64,000 nucleotides of DNA, from the NCBI RefSeq assembly GCF_009914755.1, contig NC_060930.1, one strand, 5' to 3'. Below, one piece after another: positions 26,692 to 40,659 of the stretch. How positions within the stretch are numbered: the stretch's first letter is position 1; every line of letters starts with the position of its first letter. This stretch comes from the human T2T-CHM13v2.0 reference genome, Homo sapiens. A program made the position numbers and the translations under genes. The notes beneath the pieces were generated by a model. It searched no databases, was not told the origin of the DNA, and was given only the letters and a program-made list of their open reading frames with translations.

Positions 26692-29600
26692 TGAGAGAGG
26701 CGGAGCAAGATAGAACAGAAAACTCCAGAGATTGTCCTCCCCACCCTGTAAACCAAGTTAACAATTATCTACAAAGAAAAAATACCTTCATAAGAACCAA
26801 AAATAAGGTGAGCACTCACAGAACCTAATTTTAACTTCATATCACTGAAAGGGGCACGGAAGAGCTAAGAAAAACAGTCCTGAATCACTGATGCCACCCC
26901 TCCCCTACCCAAGGCGGTGGTGGCATGTTGCTGCCAGCATCTCTGGGTGCTGGGGGAGGGTGAACACAGAAATTGTGAGGCATTGAACTCAATGCTGTCC
27001 TGTTAGAGTAGAAAGGAAACCCAGAGCAAACTCAACTGCTGCCTGCCCACAGAGGGAGCATTTAAATAAGCCCTAGCCCGAGGGAAACTGCTGATCCCAG
27101 TGGCCTGAACTTGAGTGCTCTCAAACTTCCCACCTAATCCAAAGTGCTCTGTCTTTAAGTAAACTTAAAAGGCAGTTTAGTCCATAAGAACTGCAACTCA
27201 TAGGCAAGTCCTAAGGCTGAACTAGGCCTAGAGACATTAGACTGGGGCGGGAGGGATGTGGGAGGATAGTGAGATATTAAGATACCAGCTAGGACAGCCA
27301 AGGGAACGCTGGCATCACCCCTCCTCTAACCCCAGGCTACATAGCTCATGGCTTCAAAGAGACCCCTTTCTTCTGCTTGAGGAGAGGAGAGGGAAGAGTG
27401 GGGAGGACTTTGTCTTGCATCTAGGATACCAGCTCAGCCACAGTAGCATAGGGCACTGTTCAGATTCGTGAGGCCCTTGTTCCAGACCCGAGCTCCCAGA
27501 TGACGTTTCTAGACACACCCTGGGCCAGAAGTGAAGCACTACCTTGAAGGATGGGACCCATTCCTGCCAGCATTTATCACCTGCTAACTGAAGAGTTTTT
27601 AGGTGCTGAATAGCAGAGATACCCAGGTATACACTGAGGGCCTTGATGAGCCTCTGAGACTTGCCGGCTTCAGGTGAGATTCAGCACATTACAAGCTGTG
27701 GTGGCTACAGGGCAAAACTACTTCTGTTTGAGAAAAGCAGAGGAAAAGTAAAAGGGTCTTTGTCTTGCACCTTAGGTACCAACACTGCCACAGGTGAGTA
27801 GAGCACCAAGTGGACTCTTGGGGTCCCTGATTCCAAGACTTGACTCTTGGATGGCATTTCTAGACCTGCCATAGGTCAGAGGGGTCCCACGGCTCTGAAG
27901 GGTGAGTCCCAGGCCAGACAACATTCACCACCAGCTGACTTAAGAGACCTTGGGCCATAAGAGAACATCAGTAATAGTCTGGAAATACTCCTTATAACCA
28001 GAGGTGGCAATGGCTACAGGGTGAGACACCACTGCCTTTTGAAAGAAGAGGGAATGGTGGGAAGGACTGCATCTTGTGATGTGAGTTCCAGCTTGGCTGC
28101 AATACAGTAGAAAACCACGTAGACTTCAGAAGTTTTTGACTAGTACCCAACTCTGGAATGGCACTTCTGGATCCCACCAGAGTCTGGGGGACTTCACTGC
28201 CTTGAAGGGAAAAACACAGGCCTGGCTGGCTTTGCCACCTGTTGATTGCAGAGCCCCAGGGCCTTGAGAAAACATAGTCAATAGCCAAGAAGTGGTAACA
28301 GCAGGTCTTGGGCAAGACACAGCAGGCTTCTGCTCTGACCCAGTGCAGTCATAGTGGTGGTAGACACAGGAGCACTTGTGTAAATTCACTTCCAGCTTTA
28401 GATGGTTTAGAACAGAGACAGAGACTATATATTTGGGAGAAAGTAAGGGAGGAGAACAAGAGTCTCTGCATTGTAATCCAGAGAATTCTCCCAGAAACTG
28501 TCCAAGTTCATCAAGGTGGTATTTCTAACAGTGTCCAAGAACCATAGCATTAATAGGCTTGGGGTGGCCCCTAAAGCAGAAACAACTTAGATCACAACAT
28601 TCACATCCTTTCAAATATTTGGAAAGCCTTCTCCAAAAGGATGACTACAAATAAGCCCAGAAAGTGAAGGCTATGATAAATATCTAATTCTCCAGTACCT
28701 AGACACCAAAGAACATCTACTAACATCAACACCATCCAGGAAAACGTGACCTCAGCAAATGAACTAAATAAGGTACCAGGGACCAATCCTAGAGAAATAG
28801 ACACATGTGACCTTTAAGAAAGACAATTCAAAATAGCTGTGTTGAGAAAACTCAAAGAAATTCAAGATAACACAAGAAGGAATTAAGAATTCTATCAGAG
28901 ATATTTTTAAAAAATCAAGCAAAAATTCTGGACCTGGAAAATGCAATTAGAATGTTGAAGAATGTGTCAGTCTTTTAATAGGATGGATCTAGCAGAAGAA
29001 ATAATTAGTGAGCCAAAAGAAAAATTAGAGGAGCCAAAAGAAAAAAAAATAAAAAACAATAAAGCACATGTACAGGATCAGATATAATAGCCTCAAAAAG
29101 GCAAATTTAAGAGTTATTGGCTTAAAGATGAGGCAGAGAAAGAGATTGAGGTAGAAAGTTTATTCAAAAAGATAATAACAGAGAACTTCCCAAACCTTCC
29201 CAACTGACATATTGAAAGATATCAATATCCAAGTTTAAGAAATTGATAGAACACCAAGCAGATTTAACCCAAACAAACTACCTGAAGGCATTTAATAATT
29301 AAACTCCCAAAGGTCAAGGATGAAGGACGAATCCCCAGAACAGCAAGAGGAAAGAAACAAACAACATACAATGGAGTTCCAATCTGTCTGGCAGCAGAAT
29401 TTTCAGTGGAAATTTTACAGGACAGGAGAGAGTGGCAAGAGATATTTAAAGTGTTAAAGAAAAATAACTTTGATCTTAGAAAAGTATATCTAGCAAAAAT
29501 ATCCTTCAAGCAATAAGGAGAAAGAAAGAAAGACTTTCCGAGACAAAATCTGAAAAGTTTCATCAATACCAAACCTGTCCTAGAAGAAATGTTAAGGGCA

Positions 29601-32600
29601 GTGTTTCAATCAGAAAGAAGAAAATCACTAATGAGGAATAAATAATTACTGAAAGTTCAAAACATACTGGAAGTAGTAAGTATACAAAAAAACACAGACC
29701 ATTATAACACTGTAACTGAGGTGTGTAAACTACTCTTATCCTAAGTAGAAAGATTAAACAATTAACCAATTAAAAACAATAACTGCAACAACTTTTCCAG
29801 GTATATGCAGTACAACTAGATAAAAACAGAAACTATAAAAAGTTAAAAAGCAGGGTGACAAAGTTAAGGGAAGTTTTTATTAGTTTCTTTTTGCTTTTGT
29901 GTTTGTTTAAGCAAATAGTGTTAAGTTATTATTAGGTTAAAATAATGGGTTATAAGATACTATTTGCAAGCCTCATGGTAACCTCAAACCAAAAAACATA
30001 CAAGGGCTAAACAACAAATAAAAAGCAAGAAACTAAATCATAACACCAGGGAAAATCATCTTCATGACAGGAAGGCAGGAATAAAAGAAAGAAAGAGAAG
30101 ACCACAACAAACCAGAAAACAAATAATAAAATGGCAGGAGTAAGTCCTCACTTATCAATAATAATATTGAATGTAAATGGACTAACTTTCCAATCAAAAG
30201 ATATAGACCAACGGAATGGATAAACTAAACAAGACCCATCAATCTGTTGCCTACAAGTAACACACTTCACCTATAAAGACACACAAAGACTGAAATAAAG
30301 GAATGGAAAAAGATATTCCATGTCAATGGAAACTACAAAAGAGAAGGAGTAACTACACTTATATCAGCAATATAGATTTCAAAACAAAAACTATAAGAAG
30401 AAACAAAGGAAGTCACTATATAATGATAGAGGGATCAATTCAGCAAGAGGATATAACAATTTTAAATATATATGCACCCAAAACAGGAGCACCCAGACAT
30501 ATAAATGAAATACTATTAGAGCTAGAGAGAGATAAGCTCCAAAACAATACTAGCTAGAGACCTTAATACCCCATTTCCAGCATTGGACAGATCTTTCAGA
30601 CAGAAAATCAACAAGGGAACATCAGACTTAATCTGCACCATAGATAAAATGAAGGTAGTAGATACAGAACATATTATCCAAGAGCTACAGAATACACATT
30701 CTTTTCCACAGTGCATGGATCATTCTCAAGGACAGACCATATGTTAGATCACAAAACAAGTTTTAAAAATTTAAAAAATTGAAATAATATCAAGCATCTT
30801 CTCTGACTGCAATGGAATAAAACTAGAAATTAATAACAAGAGGAATTTAATAAATTACAAGAATACATGGAAATTAAACAACATGCTGCTGGATGACTGG
30901 TGGGTCAGTGAAGAAATTAAGAAGAAAATTGAAAAAATTCTTGAAACAAATTATAATGGAGACAGAACATAGGAACACCTGTGGGATACAGCAAAAGCAG
31001 TACTAAGAGGGAAGTTCATAGATATAAGTGCCTACATTAAAAAGGAGAAAAAACTTCAAATAAACAATCTAATGATGCATTTTAAAGAGCTAGAAAGGGA
31101 AAAGTAATCCAAACACTAAATTAGCAGGACAAAATAAATAATAAAGATCAGAGCCAAAATAAGTGAAATAGAAATTAAAAAATACAAAAGATCAATAAAA
31201 AAGGTTCATTTTTCTGAAAAGCTAAACAAAATTGACAAACTTTTAGCCAGACTAAGAAAAAATGAGAGATGATCTAAATAAATAAAATCAGAAATAAAAA
31301 AGGAAGCATTACAGCTGATAACTGCAGAAATTCATAGGATCATTAATGGTTACTATGAACAACTATATGCCAATAAATTGGAAAGTCTGGAAGAAATAGA
31401 TAAATTCCTATATACATACAACCTACCAAAATTGAACCAGGAAGAAATTCAAAACTTGAGAAAGCCAATAACAAGTAACAAGATCAAAGCCATAATAAAA
31501 AGTCTTACAGTAAAGAAAAGCCCGGAACCTGATGCCTTCACTGCCAGATTTTACCAAACATTCAAAGAACAACTATTACCAATTGTACTCAAACTATTCA
31601 GAAAAATAGAGAAGAGAATACTTGCAAACTCATTCTGTGAAGCCAATATTACCTTGATATACCAAAACCAGATAAAGACATATTTAAAAAAAAAAAAGAA
31701 AACTACGGACCAATATCACTGATGAATATTGATGCAGAAATCCTGAACAAAATACTAGCAAACCAAATTGAACAATACATTAGAAAGATCATCCATTATG
31801 ACCAAGTGGGATTTATCCCTGGGTGGATGGATGGTTCAACGTATACAAGTCAATCAATATGATACATCATATCGATAGAATAAAGTATAAAAAGCATATG
31901 ATCATTTCAATTGATGCTGAAATGCATTTGATAAAATTCAACATTTCTTCATTGTAAAAACCCCCAAAAAACTGGGTATAGAAGGAAAATACCTCAACAC
32001 AATAAAAGCCATATATGACAGACACACAGCTAGTATCACACAGAATGGTGAAAAACTGAAAGCCCTTCCTCTAAGATCTGGAACACAACAAGGATGCCCA
32101 CTGTCACCTCTGTTATTCAACATAGCACTGGAAGTCCTATCCAGAGCAATCAGACAAGAGAAATATATAAAGGACCTCCAAATTGGAAAGGAAGAAGTCA
32201 AATAATCCTTATTTGCTGATGATAAGATCTTATATTTGGAAAAACCTAGAGTCCACAAGAAAACAATTAAAACTGATAAATTCAGTAAAGCTGATGGATA
32301 CAAAATCAACATACAAAAATCAGTAGCATTTCTGTATGTCAATAGTGAATAAAATGGAAAACAAATCAAAAAGTAATTCCATAGATAAAGTCACAAATAC
32401 AATTAAATACCTAGAAATTAACTTAATCAAAGAAGTGAAAGATCTCTATAATAAAAACCATAAAACACTGAAGAAATTAAAAGGGACACAAAAAACTGGA
32501 AATACATTCCATGTCCATAGATTGGAGGAATCAATACTGTTAAAATGTCCATACTACCCAAAGTGTTCTATAGATCAAATGCAATACCTATCAAAATACG

Positions 32601-35410
32601 AATGACACTCTTCACAGAAAAGAAAAATCTGAAATTTATATGGAACCACAGAAGACTCTTGCGGGAAGTCAGGGACCCGGAACAGAGGGACCGGCTGAAG
32701 CCACGGCAGAAGAACATAAATAGTGAAGATTTCATGGACATTTATTAGTTCCCCAAATTAATACTTTTATAATTTCTTACACCTGTCTTTACTGCAATCT
32801 CTGAGCATAAATAGTGAAGATTTCATGGACATTTATCACTTCCCCAAACATTACTCTTATAATTTCCTATGCCTGTCTTTACTTGAATCTCTTAATCCCG
32901 TCATCTTCGTAAGCTGAGGAGGTATGTCGCCTCAGGACACTTGATGATTGTGTTAACTGCACAAATTGTTTATAAAACATGTGTGTCTGAACAATATGAA
33001 ATCCGGGCACCCTGAAAAAGAACAGGATAACAGCGATATTCAGGGAACAAGGGAAATAACCACAAGGTCTGACTGCTTGTGGGGCCGGGGAGAACAGAGT
33101 CATATTTTTCTTACTGCAGAAAATGAATAGGAGAAAATCACAGAATTCTTTTCCCAGTGAGGAATAACCCTGGGAAGAGAATTCATTCCCAGAGGAGGCT
33201 TATGGATGCTGCTCTGGGAGTGCCTGTCTTATGCAGTTGAAGATAAGAGATAAAATATGCCCTGGTCTCCTGCAGTGCCCCCAGGCTTGCTAGGATTAGG
33301 AAATTTCAGCCTGGTGAATTCTAGTCAGATCGGTTCTCTGTTCTTGAACCCTGTCTCCTGTTAAGATGTTTATCAATGACAATGCATGCACAGCGGGACA
33401 TGGAACATCATCAGTAATTATAATTTCATCTGGCCTTGTAACCTTGCTCTGCCCTTCTGTCCTTGTGATCTCTTATTGCCCCTAAAGCATGTAATCTTGT
33501 GACCCACTCCCTATTCAATCTTCCCCTTTTGAAATCCCTAATAAAAACGTGCCGTTTTTGCTGCTCAGGGGGCATCATGGAACCTGCTGACTTGTGATGT
33601 CACCTCCAGAGGCTCAGCTGTAAAATTTCTCTCTTTTTTACTCTTTCTCTTTATTTCTCAGACCAGTCAACACTTAGGGAAAATAGAAAAGAACATACAT
33701 TGAAATACTGGGGGCTGGTTTCCCCAGTAAAGATCCAGAATCACCAAAGCTATCCTAAGCCAAAAGAACAAAACTGGAAAAATCACATTTTCCCCTGGCT
33801 TCAAATTCTACTACAGAGCTATAGTAACCAAAACAGCATGGTACTGGCATACAAACAGACACATAGACCAATAAAACAGAATACAGAACCCAAAAACAAA
33901 TCCACACACCTATAGTGAATTCATTTTTGACAAAGGTGCCAAGAAAATACACTGGGGAAAAGATATTCTCTTCCATAAATTGTGCTGGGAAAACTGGATT
34001 ACCATAGATCCATGGATCACAAAAGAATAAAACTATTTGCCTATCTCATACCATATAAAAATAGCAAATCAAAATGGATTAAAGACTTAAATATAAGATC
34101 TCAAACTATGAAACTACCACAAGAAAATATTGGGGAAAATATCCAGGACATTGGTCTGGGCAAAGATTTCTTGAACAATACCCCAGAAGCACAGGCAACC
34201 AAAGCAAACATGGAAAAATGGGATCACACCAAGTTAAAAAGCTTCTGAACAGCAAAGAGTACAACCAATGAAGTTAAGAGACAACTCAGTAAATGGGAGA
34301 AAATATTTGCAAACTACCACCTCTGACAAGGGATTAATAACAAGAACATATAAGGAGCTCAAACAACTCTATAGGTAAAAAATCTAATAATCTGATCAAA
34401 AATGGGCAAAAGGTTTGAATAGACATTTTTTCAAAAGAAGACATACACATGGAAAACAGGCATATGAAAAGGTGATTACCATCACAGATCGTCAGAGAAA
34501 TGCAAATCAAAACTACAATGAGATATTATCTCATTCCAGTTAAAATAGCTTATATCCCAAAGATAGGCAATAACAATTACTTGTGATGGTGTAGAGAAAA
34601 GGGAATCCTTGTACATGGTTGGTGGGAATGTAAATTAGTAAAATCAGTATAAAGAACAGTTTGGAGGTTCCTCAACAAAGCAAAAATTGAGCTACCATAT
34701 GATTCAGTAGTCCCACTGCTGGATATATACTCAAAAGAAAAAATATCAGTATATCAAAGAGATATCTGCACTTCTATGTTTGTTGCAGCACTCTTTACAA
34801 TAGCTAAGATTTGAAAGTAACCTAAGTGTTCATTAACAGATGAATAGATAAAGAAAATAGGATACACATACACAATGGAGCACACTGTTCGGCCATAAAA
34901 ATGAATGAGATCCAGTCATTTACAACAACATGGATTGAACTGGATATCATTATGTTAAGTAAAACAAGCCAGGCACAAAAAGACAAACATCACATATACT
35001 CAACTGTGGGATCCCAAACTCAAAACAATTGAACTCATGAACCTAGAGAGTAGAAGAATTGTTACCAGAGGCTAAGAAATGTAGTGAGGGCTTGGCAGGG
35101 GAGATGGGTAAAGTTAATGGTTACAAAAAAAAAAAAAATAGAAAGAATGAATAAGACCCACTGTACAATAGCACAATAGAGTGACTATAATCAATAATAA
35201 TTGTATATTTTAAAACAACCTAAAGAATGTATTTGGAGTTTTTGTAACTCAAAGGATACATGCTTCAGGGAATGAATACCCCATTCTCCATGATGTGCTT
35301 ATTTCACATTTTCATGCCTCTATCTAAACATTTCATGTACCTCATAAATATATACACTTACTATGTACCCACAAAATTTTTTAAAAATTATTTTAAAAAT
35401 TCTAAAAAAA
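26692..35410 (+). mobile_element. Near full-length L1MA1-3-type LINE (5'UTR, ORF1, ORF2, 3'UTR), all frames disrupted
   Basis: GAGGCGGAGCAAGAT 5' end; ~2-kb 5'UTR; ORF2 starts ATGGCAGGAGTAAGT at 30131 (MAGVSPHLSIIILNVNGL); EN motif ITILNIYAP; L1MA 3' end CTATGTACCCACAAAATT. Confidence 0.9.
32657..33729 (+). mobile_element. MER11 solo LTR (HERV-K11 / HML-8)
   Basis: TCTTGCGGGAAGTCAGGGACCCGGAACAGAGGGACCGGCTGAAGCC start and GAAATACTGGGGGCTGGTTTCCCCAGTA end; AATAAA at 33540; TSD AAGAC / AAGAT; L1 ORF2 is continuous across it. Confidence 0.9.
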
Positions 35411-36775
35411 TGTCATGCACAGGACTCTACATGTCCAGGGCTGGGAGCCAGCCCAGGAAAGAGTTGAAAAGACCTCATTTCTCACCTATGGTTGACCTTG
35501 AGGTTCTGTGTGAGCAGGAATTAAAGGCTAAGGAAGAGTTATAAACTCCCTGTGCAAGCATTGAGATTATACCCAACACACACGCAGAGCCCTTCAGCAA
35601 AATCTAGGAGATATATACATTCAAGTCATTTAAGAAAATATGTCTGATCATTAAAGGGGCACTTAACTAACTGAACAGAGGCTTCAGTGTCCACACACAA
35701 CAAATAATACAAGCTTTAGATAATTAGTCCAGGAAAGTCACTAAACAAATGGCAACAATAATAACAGCAAAGAAAATGACATATTGGTGGCCAGGGAAAA
35801 TCCGATCCCCAGAGTTGGCACATTATATTATTTAAAATGTTCAGTTTTTGAAACACAAAGAAACAGAAAAGTATGGTCTATTCACAAGAGAAAAAAATTG
35901 AAGGCAATAAAAATGGTCTTTGAGGAAGTCCAAATGTTGGCATTTCTAGACAACTAAAACAATCTAGCACACTGAGACAACTAAGAAGGACACAATGTCA
36001 TAAGTTGTTACAAATATCTTCAAAGAAGTAACGAAAACCCTGTATAAAAAATTAAAACAAAGTATGAAAACATCTTACCAAAGACAAAATATAACCAAAG
36101 AGACAAAAATTATTTTTAACAAAGACCAAATTGAATTTTAGAGTGAAAAGTACACTAACTGATATTAAAAATTCACTAAAGGGGCTCAACAGTAGATCTG
36201 AGCAGGCAGAAAAACCAGTGAATTTAAACAAATGTTGATTGAAATTATCCAGTCTAAGGAATGGAAAAAAAATGTGAAGAAAAATAAACACAGGCTCAGA
36301 GACCTGTGGGACACCATCAAGTATACAAACATATGCATAATGTCAGTTTCCAAAGCAGAGGAGAGAGAGTGAAAGAAATGGAAAGAATAACTGGAGAAAT
36401 CATGGAGATTATGTAATCTGTCTATCTATCTAATAACATATATATAAAATCATAGAAGAAAAAGATTTCAAATTTTTTGAAAACATTTATCTCCACATCC
36501 AAGAAGCTCAACAAACTCCAAGTGGAATAAACTAAAAGCAATCCACACCTTGATATTCAAGGTGTCAAGAGCCAAAGACAGAGAGAATATTGAAATCTGC
36601 AAGAAAAATGTGACTCATCACTACCAGGGACACTTGATAAAATTAATAGCTGACTTATCAGAAACAACGGAGGCCAGAAGGCAGTGGTATAACATATTTA
36701 AAGTGCTTTAAAAAATAGACAGTCAACCAAGAATTTTATATCCAGCAAAAATCTTTCAAATATTACAGAGAAGAA
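35411..36775 (+). mobile_element. Old L1M (L1MB-like) 5' region and ORF1, right part
   Basis: ORF1-type motifs CTCAGAGACCTGTGGGACACCATCAAG, CATCCAAGAAGCTCAACAAACTCCAAG, GGAGGCCAGAAGGCAGTGG, CAACCAAGAATTTTATATCCAGC. Confidence 0.8.
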
Positions 36776-36829
36776 GTGGTTCTTCATATACACACAGACC
36801 ATATTACAAATGAATACATAGGTAGTTGT

Positions 36830-37388
36830 GGTGATTTTCTCTTGCAGAATAAAACACTCTGTGTAGACCTCAATTCTTCAGTGTCTTCTCTTTGGAATTA
36901 TATAAAGTTCACAAATGATGTCTTGAACATATGATTCCAAGACCATTGTATTTTCTTCAGAAGGCCACTTCTACCAAGTTGAATACACCAGGGAATCATC
37001 AAACACACAGGCATCTTTTGGAGAATTTTAGCAAACACTGGTGTTTTGCTTGCAACAGACAGATATAGCATCCACAAGCCTCTTGATAAAATCTTTTATT
37101 AAAAAATTATGAACTCAGTGAGGAAATGGCTTGCAGTATATATGAAACAATAATGTTCGGACTAGTAAACTAAAGCTCATTACTCAGAGTTATTTATTAT
37201 AGTATTAAGAGCCAACTCCTGTGAGCAGTTGGTTATAGCATTGTGTAATATCAAACAAGCATATATGCAGTTTGGAGGGAAAATTCCCATTGATGTTTCA
37301 TTGCTATGCACAAGCTGGAATAAGGACTGTGGCTTTCAGGTCTATTAGAGAAACAATGTAGAAATTATGGGGAACGGAAAGTCACATG
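36830..37388 (+). pseudogene. PSMA4: Processed pseudogene of proteasome subunit alpha-4: 5'UTR plus about the first 160 codons, 3'-truncated
   Basis: From ATG 36918: MS*TYDSKTIVFSSEGHFYQVEY (PSMA4: [23 protein letters not shown]); then [68 protein letters not shown]. No introns; stops and frameshifts present. Confidence 0.93.
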
Positions 37389-37954
37389 ACCCATGTCTAG
37401 ACAACTAAACTTCTAGATATATTCCCCAAAAAGCTAAAAACAGATGCTCAGCAAAAAACTTGTACACAAATGTTCATAGAAGCATTATTCACAGTGATCA
37501 AGAAGTGGAAACAACTATTTATCAAAGGATGAATGGATAAACAAAATATGGTATATCTACACAAATGATTTTTTTGGCCATATAAATGAATGAAAAACTG
37601 ATACATCCTACAACAGAGATGAACTTTAAAAATATCAAGCTAAGTGAAAGAGCCAGATCACAAAAGACCACATATTGTATGATTCAAGTTATATGAAAAT
37701 GTTCAGAATATGTAAATCCATAGTAACAGAAAGTATGTTAGTTGTTGCCAGGAGGTAGCACAAAGGAAAATTTGGAGTGATTGCTAATGAGTATGAAGAT
37801 TCTTCCTAGAGTGATGAAGCATTCTGAATTTGGATAGCGTCAATAGATGAATATACGGAATATGCTAAAAAAAAAAACACTGATTTCTATGTTTTAAAGG
37901 GTAGGACTTTGAGGTACATGAATTATATGTCAAGAAAGTTGTTATTTAAAAAAA
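37389..37954 (+). mobile_element. L1MB/ME-type ORF2 end and 3'UTR with A tail
   Basis: ACTTGTACACAAATGTTCATAG, GCTAAGTGAAAGAGCCAGATCACAAAAGACCACATATTGTATGATTC, GAATTATATGTCAAGAAAGTTGTTATTTAAAAAAA. Confidence 0.85.
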
Positions 37955-38272
37955 TCTGCATGGAAAACTATAACATGCTATTGAGAAAAATTAGAGAAGA
38001 TGTACATAAGTAGAGAAATATACATTCATGGACTGCAAAACTACCTATTGAACATAAGTAAATGTTCCTCAAATATTTCTGTAGATTAAATGCTATGCCA
38101 ATCAACTACAAGCTTATTCTAAAATTTATATGGAAGTGTAAAAGATCAAGAAAAAATAGAAATTCTTGAAGTAGAACAAAGAAGGTAGTCATATTTTACT
38201 AAACATAAAGGTTATTACAAAATTAAATCAATTAAGACATTGTAGTATTGACACAAGGTAGACAAACAGATC
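37955..38272 (+). mobile_element. Ancient L1M ORF2 fragment
   Basis: GAAAACTATAA...TTCATGGA...TGTAGATTAAATGCTATGCCAATCAA...ATTCTAAAATTTATATGGAA. Confidence 0.7.
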
Positions 38273-39103
38273 TGACACTGTTGCAGGGGACCCCAGTCAG
38301 CCACAGCGCCTGGCATTGTTTACACATAACTGGAAGTAAGTGCAGGAGACAACTGCAAATAGAGGATGCAAAACCATAAATGGAAAAGGATGCTTGGATT
38401 ATGCAGGCAGCAGGACATTCAACTCCCTGCTGACTAGCTGAACGGGGTCCTACAGATTTCATTGTAGGAAATAAAATAATAATACAACCATATTTTATAC
38501 TTTTAAAACTTTTGAATGCCACTCATCACATTATAGGAGATTTTACAGTGATTCCTCTGAGGTACCTAGGAAGGGTATAATTGTAGATGGCTGAGTATCA
38601 TCTAGTGGCTGGGAATGTGGCATGTGTCAGGATAGTTTCTGTTTGGTGTAAGCAACTCTCAGAAGGCGTAGCCTTCTAACCTAATTTAATCAGGAATGAG
38701 CTGCATCTCTAGGGATGCTATGTTCCCTTCAGCTACACATTCCCACATTGTTGAAAACTCTTGCAATTCCAAAACACAGAAGAAAATACTCCATCTTTGG
38801 CCCCGGATCAGCCTTTATATTTTATGTTTCCTGCCTGGCTGAATACTTAACATACTGTAGGCTCCTGAATCTTAGCTTACTGGTTTCACTCAGCCTCCTG
38901 CCTCCCTGGCAACACCAATGTATTTCTAATCTTTAAAATTCTATAAATATATCTTGAAATTGACCCCAAACCCTTGATGACATTACTTAATTCAAATCCT
39001 TTATTTGAAAATAGCTATTAAAATACATCATACAATATTGTAACAGTCAAGTGACTACATTAATATGCTTCATGAAATGTCTTTAATTACAAGGAAAGAT
39101 TTC

Positions 39104-39527
39104 TGTATTAGTTAAAATGGAATAACTGCTATATTAAACAAACTCCAATATTTGATGATTTAAAACCATACAAGTTTATTGCTCATTTATGTAAGAGACT
39201 AGACTGGGTTCAGTTGGGGATGGTAGGAAGGGTCTGCTGCTCCACACAATTGAAACTTAGTGACCCAGGTTGCTGCAGGTTCTTCTATCAAAAAGTGGCT
39301 TCCTAGGTATTTGCATTTCACTGAAAAATAGGAAATGAGCACTGAGGATCATTAGGGAGGTTTTTATGGACTATGCCCAGGAAGGTCTGACATATGCTAT
39401 TTCTACTGGCTTCCATTGGCTAGAACTCAGACACATGGCCACACCTAACTGAGAGGGAAGCTGGGAAATGTAGTTTTTGCATGTCCAGGAAGAATAGGAA
39501 TTGGTTTGATAATATGTTATCACTACA
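39104..39527 (-). mobile_element. MLT1-type MaLR LTR
   Basis: TGTATTAGTT start; CCATTGGCTAGAACTCAGACACATGGCCACACCTAACTG...GCTGGGAAATGTAG; CACTACA end. Confidence 0.75.
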
Positions 39528-40263
39528 ATATTAAAGCTCTCTATTTCCCTGATCATTTAGTTTATTCCCTTTTATATACAATCACTAAATTGGCATTCAA
39601 GTCCATTTGGAGAGTGGGGCCAAATGAATATGAATACACTGTTCGGAAACCAAGAGGTAACTGCCTGCTATATAGTTTGCCTCTAAGAGAGAGAGAGAGT
39701 AAAAATGGAATTCTCAGAAAGGGATTGGAAGGAGTTCTCTAAGAACTTTTGGTAAGCAGGTTGGTAGCAGGGTAGGGGGTAAGAAGAGGAGGAGTATATA
39801 GGAATCCTATGGACCAGCCTGTAGGATAGAGGAGAGCTTTTGAAACAAGTTTTTTAAAAATTAGACATACAGAAATAGCGTAATGGAAGCAGTCAATAAG
39901 TAAAGGCAAAAGCAGTGGACTTCAAAAAGCAAACAAAAATCTGAGAATCAAAACTATAAGACACACTATAAAAACAAAAACAAATAAATAACAGTGTCTT
40001 TCTTTGCCAAGTGTCGATGTTTCTCCACCACTAAAGTGGAGGTGAGTTGTTGGGGAGAGCGCTACCAGAAGTCCAAAAGATGGCAAAAGAATTTTCAAAA
40101 GATTATGTAAACACACATTTTCTTCATAATTATAGCAATATGATAAGCTAATCACACTTTTATAAGATCAAACTTATGGTAATACTACCCTTCTTATTGT
40201 TCCTTCTTCAGAAGGTTGTATGTAGAAATTTCAGATCATTACAAATAAAATGTTTAGCACTTA

Positions 40264-40602
<339 letters not shown>

Positions 40603-40659
40603 GACATAGGATCCTGTCACCTAAGTGGCGAAATCAATAATGAATCCTTATGGTATTAT

